A stretch of 49,952 bases of DNA, from contig MHGH01000005.1 in the NCBI GenBank assembly GCA_001805465.1, positions 1 to 49,952 of the forward strand, given 5' to 3'. Below, piece after piece: positions 46,042 through 49,952 of this stretch. Every line of letters starts with the position of its first letter. The stretch's first letter is position 1. The position numbers and the translations under genes are program-made. Below the pieces are notes generated by a model. That model worked only from the letters and a program-made list of their open reading frames with translations. It ran no database searches and had not been told where the DNA came from. This stretch comes from Omnitrophica WOR_2 bacterium RBG_13_41_10. Its GTDB lineage: Bacteria; Omnitrophota; Gorgyraeia; Gygaellales; Profunditerraquicolaceae.

Positions 46042-47121
46042 ATGAAAAGGATTCTTTTATTTATTTTTTTACTTTCTTTCTTAAGCCTTACCTCAAAGAC
46101 TATAGCACAGGACCTATTGCAAGATGAGATGACAGGAGAAAGCAGTCCATTTGGAGTGTTGGAGTTTCTGCCTTGGGACCATAGTTGGAATAACTATAAA
46201 TATCCGGATGAGAATTCTCTCAAGAAGGCTGTGGCATTAATGCAGCAGGCGAATATCAAATGGGTAAGGATGGATTTTTTGTGGGAGGATATTGAACCGG
46301 AGAAAGGAAGCCGTAATTTCAAAAAGTATGATTATATAGTTGATTTATTAGCCAAAAATAATATCAACATCTTGGGTTTATTAAGCTATAGTGTATCTTG
46401 GGCTGGGCCAGCCTGGAATTCTCCTGCCTATGACGATAAATCCTTCGTTAATTATGTATCCTACGTTATCAGTCGTTATAAAGATAGAGTAAAATACTGG
46501 GAGATTTGGAATGAGCCGGATGATGAGCAGTATTGGACGCCTCAGGATGGTATGGTACGCTACACCCAACTGTTAAAAGAGGTGTATATCAAAGCCAAAG
46601 AGATTGATCCTGATTGCAAAGTATTAAACGGAGGTTTATCTAAGGCCATAACTCTATCCTTGAAGAAAATATATAAGAATGGTGGAAGGGAATATTTTGA
46701 TATCTTAGCCATTCATCCCTTTGTAAATCCCCTAAATGAAGGAGATGTGGCTAGAGTAAAAGGGTTGTATCTCGGTTGCAAAAAGATTATGAGGGAGAAT
46801 ACGGATGACAAGAAGATATGGTTTACAGAATTAGGCGCTCCCGGCGTAGGGTCTCCTTCGCAAATAAACGCTTGGTGGGTGGGCATGAGCCCTACTGAAG
46901 AACAACAGGCGGCATGGGTCAAAAGAATTTACACCCAGATACTCATTGAATTACCGGATTGCGATAAGATATTCTGGGCTTTTTTCAGAGATTGCAAGAA
47001 TCACTGGGGTAACGGAATTGATTATTTTGGGCTGGTGCGATGGGATTTTTCCAAAAAACCATCTTTTAATGCCTATAAAGAATCTGCGCAGCAATGGAAT
47101 GTAAGAAATATAAAGGATTAA
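46042..47121 (+). CDS. Secreted clan GH-A glycoside hydrolase (GH5/GH39-like (beta/alpha)8 barrel)
   Basis: Signal peptide, WEIWNEPD (acid/base Glu) and WFTELG (nucleophile Glu) at the spacing expected for clan GH-A. Confidence 0.65.
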   Translation: MKRILLFIFLLSFLSLTSKTIAQDLLQDEMTGESSPFGVLEFLPWDHSWNNYKYPDENSLKKAVALMQQANIKWVRMDFLWEDIEPEKGSRNFKKYDYIVDLLAKNNINILGLLSYSVSWAGPAWNSPAYDDKSFVNYVSYVISRYKDRVKYWEIWNEPDDEQYWTPQDGMVRYTQLLKEVYIKAKEIDPDCKVLNGGLSKAITLSLKKIYKNGGREYFDILAIHPFVNPLNEGDVARVKGLYLGCKKIMRENTDDKKIWFTELGAPGVGSPSQINAWWVGMSPTEEQQAAWVKRIYTQILIELPDCDKIFWAFFRDCKNHWGNGIDYFGLVRWDFSKKPSFNAYKESAQQWNVRNIKD

Positions 47122-47122
47122 G

Positions 47123-47842
47123 ATGCCAGTTATGGAAGGCGTAGAGTTTTATATTTCCAAGCGCGTAGGAAGAGCGATTATGGACTACGGGATGCTTGCC
47201 GACGGAGATAAGATTGCGGTAGCGGTGTCCGGCGGTAAAGACAGCCTGACCTTGCTTAGGGTATTGAAAGATCGCCAGAAATTCGTTCCGATAAAATATG
47301 AGATTTTGGCAGTACATATTGATTTGGGTTATCCGCGTTCCTGCGCTAAGAAGCTAGAGGCTTATTTTAAAAATTTAGGGGTAAAATACCATATTGAGAA
47401 GGTGGATGTATTAAAAGAAACTAAACCCAGCGATATTAATTGTTTTTGGTGTTCTTGGAATAGAAGAAAAGCTCTCTTTGAAACAGCTTATCGCTACGGT
47501 TGCACCAAAGTTGCCCTTGGCCATCACAAAGATGATATTGTAGAGACAGTCCTTCTGAATATGTTTTTTCAGGGAGAGATTTCTGCGATGAAGCCGGAGC
47601 AGGAATTGTTTAAAGGCAAAATTGTGATTATCCGGCCTTTGGCTTATGTGGAAGAAAACTTGATCCGTAAGTTCGTCAAGGTAGAGAAATTTCCTCTATA
47701 TGACTGTATCTGTCCTAATATCTTTGTTTCTAACCGCACAAAAGTCGGGAAAATGATTAAAGAGTTGGAAAAAGTTTGCCCGGAGGTAAAAACCAATATT
47801 TTTAGAAGCCTAAAGCGCATCAAAAAAGATTATTTGCTTTAA
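47123..47842 (+). CDS. ttcA: tRNA 2-thiocytidine(32) synthetase TtcA-like PP-loop ATPase
   Basis: PP-loop AVSGGKDS, a CFWCSWNRR cysteine pair and a second Cys pair CICPN. Confidence 0.8.
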   Translation: MPVMEGVEFYISKRVGRAIMDYGMLADGDKIAVAVSGGKDSLTLLRVLKDRQKFVPIKYEILAVHIDLGYPRSCAKKLEAYFKNLGVKYHIEKVDVLKETKPSDINCFWCSWNRRKALFETAYRYGCTKVALGHHKDDIVETVLLNMFFQGEISAMKPEQELFKGKIVIIRPLAYVEENLIRKFVKVEKFPLYDCICPNIFVSNRTKVGKMIKELEKVCPEVKTNIFRSLKRIKKDYLL

Positions 47843-47890
47843 AAAAACAGCTTATAGTGGTATACTCTTTTTTAGGTAAAAGGAGGGGCA

Positions 47891-48856
47891 ATGATTTGGA
47901 TGATTGCGGCAATTATTACGGCAGGAATATTGATTGTCGTTCTTTTAGTATTTAAAATTTCATCCCAACTAAACCAACAACTGAATACTCTTACTCAGCA
48001 GTTTAATGAGCGCCTCAAAGAGACAACCTTGGCCTTACGGGATACGCATAAGACAGTAGGTGATAGGCTAGATTCAGCAACAAGAGTTTTTGGCGAAGTG
48101 CAAAAGAGCCTCGGCCGTTTGGAAGAAAGCTATAAAGAGATCAGTGAAATCAGTAAGGATATCTCCAGTTTACAGGATTTACTGCGCGCCCCTAAATTTA
48201 GAGGGGAAGTAGGGGAAACTCTTTTGAAAAAACTATTGGAAGATATCCTGCCGAAAGAGAATATCCAGTTGCAGTATCGTTTTAAAAGCGGGGATATAGT
48301 GGATGCGGTAATAGTCGTCGGGAAAAATTTAATTTCCATAGATGCTAAATTTCCTTTGGATAATTTTAGAAAGGCAACCGAGCTTCATTCTGAAGAGGAA
48401 AGACAAGGGTATTACCGCACTTTTACGCGCGATATAAAGGAGCGCATTGATGAGGTAGCCGCTAAATATATCTTACCTGACGAAGGGACTTTTGATTTTG
48501 CCCTGATGTATGTACCAGCAGAAGCAGTGTATTATCATATTGCTAAAGACGATGAATTAGCTTCCCACGCAAGATTAAAAAAGGTTATTTTTGTTTCACC
48601 AAATACTTTTTATGCCTATCTTCAAGCAATCCTCTATGGGCTAAAGGGAATGAATGTCCAGCGTAATATCCAAAAGATCCTCTCGGAATTAGGCGGGGTG
48701 CAATTGGATTTTAAAAAGTTCGAAGAGGGTTTTGAGGTAATCGGTGTACACCTAGGCAATGCCGCAAAGAAATACCACGAAGCCAGAACTAAACTTGGGC
48801 AGCTCAACGAGAAGCTGGCGCTAACTACGCAAAATAAACAAATCGAATCTAACTAA
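47891..48856 (+). CDS. rmuC: DNA recombination protein RmuC family (short form)
   Basis: N-terminal TM segment plus coiled coil, then a conserved RmuC core (RGEVGETLLKKLLEDILP, DAVIVVG...ISIDAKFP, ALMYVPAEAVY). Confidence 0.75.
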   Translation: MIWMIAAIITAGILIVVLLVFKISSQLNQQLNTLTQQFNERLKETTLALRDTHKTVGDRLDSATRVFGEVQKSLGRLEESYKEISEISKDISSLQDLLRAPKFRGEVGETLLKKLLEDILPKENIQLQYRFKSGDIVDAVIVVGKNLISIDAKFPLDNFRKATELHSEEERQGYYRTFTRDIKERIDEVAAKYILPDEGTFDFALMYVPAEAVYYHIAKDDELASHARLKKVIFVSPNTFYAYLQAILYGLKGMNVQRNIQKILSELGGVQLDFKKFEEGFEVIGVHLGNAAKKYHEARTKLGQLNEKLALTTQNKQIESN

Positions 48857-48879
48857 AAGAGTTATTTTTTTCTTCCAAA

Positions 48880-49098
48880 GTGATCCTGAATATCAAGGTT
48901 ATACCCAAATCTAGCAAATCTCTGGTTAAAAAAGAAAATGATACCCTCAAGGTTTATCTGACCAAGCCTGCGCAGGATGGCCTAGCCAACAGGCAATTAA
49001 TAGAATTATTAGCCAAACACTTCGGCGTAAAAAAATACCAGATTAGTATTATTTCCGGAGAGAAATCCAAAAATAAAACTATTCGTATAGATGCCTAA
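48880..49098 (+). CDS. DUF167 (YggU/UPF0235) family protein
   Basis: KVIPKSSK...LKVYLTKPAQDGLANRQLIELLAKHFGVKK...ISGEKSKNKTIRI matches the DUF167 pattern. GTG start. Confidence 0.7.
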   Translation: MILNIKVIPKSSKSLVKKENDTLKVYLTKPAQDGLANRQLIELLAKHFGVKKYQISIISGEKSKNKTIRIDA

Positions 49099-49813
49099 GA
49101 TTAAAGATTTTCCCGATACTGGAGTAGTTTATGCTTTTAGTATTCGTAGCGACGGCAATATGTCTTTACGCTATGGTAATACCGAAAACTCATTAAATAA
49201 TCGAAAGAATTTTCTTGGTGGTTTAGGCATTAATTACAAGGATTTAATTTGTGTCCAACAGATCCATGGTAACCAAACCAGATACGCTACCGGAAAAGAT
49301 AAAGCAAGAGGGGCATTGACTTATGAGAGCGCCATAGCCGATACCGACGCCTTGGTCACTGATAGAAAGAATCTGCCTTTGGCCGTATTTACCGCGGATT
49401 GCCTTCCTATATTTTTATATGATCCCCAAACCCCAGCTATCGGCTTGGTGCATGCTGGTTGGCGTAGCACCCAAGAGAATATTGTTACTGTAGCTATCCA
49501 GTTAATGCAGGAAGAATTTAATACCCGGGTTAAAGACCTCTGTGTAGGTTTCGCTCCGGCAATAAGAGAGTGTTGTTATGAGGTCGAGGAAGATTTTAAA
49601 AAATTTTTTCTCATTGGAATAAGCGAGAGAAACAGCCGTTATTATCTAGATTTAATCAGGATTAATAAAAAACAGATTTTAGATTTAGGGTTGAAAGAAA
49701 ATAATATCTTTGACTCTGGGATATGCACTGTCTGTAACAACAAAGATTATTTTTCATATCGCAAGGAAAACGAAGCAAGCGGTAGGATGATGTCGGTGAT
49801 GATGTTAAGGTAA
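49091..49813 (+). CDS. pgeF: Peptidoglycan editing factor PgeF / YfiH (DUF152, laccase-domain) family
   Basis: FTADCLPI, VHAGWRS and C..C motifs of the YfiH family. 240 aa. Confidence 0.82.
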   Translation: MPKIKDFPDTGVVYAFSIRSDGNMSLRYGNTENSLNNRKNFLGGLGINYKDLICVQQIHGNQTRYATGKDKARGALTYESAIADTDALVTDRKNLPLAVFTADCLPIFLYDPQTPAIGLVHAGWRSTQENIVTVAIQLMQEEFNTRVKDLCVGFAPAIRECCYEVEEDFKKFFLIGISERNSRYYLDLIRINKKQILDLGLKENNIFDSGICTVCNNKDYFSYRKENEASGRMMSVMMLR

Positions 49814-49828
49814 GGGGAGGGGTTAATT

Positions 49829-49952
49829 ATGGCAGGGGCATTAGTAATTTATTATTCGCGAAGCGGCAACACCAAAAAAATGGCAGAATCTATTATGGAG
49901 GGGATGAAAAACCAAGGCTTAAATGCGGTTTTAAAAGATGTAAAAGATGTCA
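49829..49952 (+). CDS. Flavodoxin-like protein (3' end lies outside the window)
   Basis: ATG at 49829 after GGGGAGGGG. The N-terminus LVIYYSRSGNTKKMAE is the flavodoxin FMN-phosphate loop (S/T-x-T-G-x-T type). The frame is open to the window end. Confidence 0.65.
   Translation, partial: MAGALVIYYSRSGNTKKMAESIMEGMKNQGLNAVLKDVKDV

Overview
This is a compact bacterial chromosome segment, coded almost entirely on the plus strand. By eye it is moderately AT-rich. lpxB, msbA and a prepilin peptidase indicate a diderm cell. It may come from an uncultivated PVC/Omnitrophota-like lineage, but that is a low-confidence guess.

Gene order:
- Histidine kinase (5' partial), receiver, and a REC-GAF-HD-GYP regulator.
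- A nitrogen block: AsnC/Lrp regulator, aminotransferase, glnA, GAF-ANTAR protein, small membrane protein, gdhA.
- DUF1846, a beta-CASP MBL hydrolase, a divergent L27-like protein, and an M48 peptidase.
- A ~1.2 kb islet holding a GC-rich structured element, a membrane ORF and a PilZ protein.
- lpxB and a Gfo/Idh/MocA oxidoreductase on the minus strand, divergent from msbA.
- rpsB-tsf-pyrH-frr.
- A tRNA cluster: tRNA-Lys, tRNA-Leu, tRNA-Gly.
- ptsN, a membrane-anchored YvcK-like protein, ptsH, ptsI.
- PGI/PMI, an NDP-sugar transferase, metK, ahcY, pfkA, fba.
- ilvD, ilvB, ilvN, ilvC, leuA.
- aroE, pilD, malQ.
- An accessory stretch at 41.6-46 kb: NYN nuclease, hotdog thioesterase, DUF2007, a three-gene secreted/membrane cassette, DUF3800.
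- A clan GH-A glycosidase, ttcA, rmuC, DUF167, pgeF and a 3'-partial flavodoxin.

There is no CRISPR array, transposase, integrase or rRNA.

Most notable observations, all in non-coding sequence:
1. tRNA-Lys(UUU) is interrupted by an ORF-less group I intron. A 17-nt copy of the tRNA 3' end lies ~100 nt downstream.
2. A copy of the last ~17 codons of the M48 gene brackets the 1.2 kb islet.
3. There are two ~170-nt highly structured elements of unknown class, at 12.5 kb and 41.6 kb.
4. The ilvD-ilvB spacer carries five GTTAC plus five GTAAC motifs at exact 10-bp phasing. Five-copy heptad arrays occur elsewhere.
5. A dispersed hairpin-terminator repeat family brackets the three-gene cassette.
6. 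Promoter-hairpin-terminator leaders precede gdhA (next to the GAF-ANTAR gene) and the NYN gene.

All RNA-structure, promoter and family assignments were made by eye and need covariance-model, folding and expression checks.
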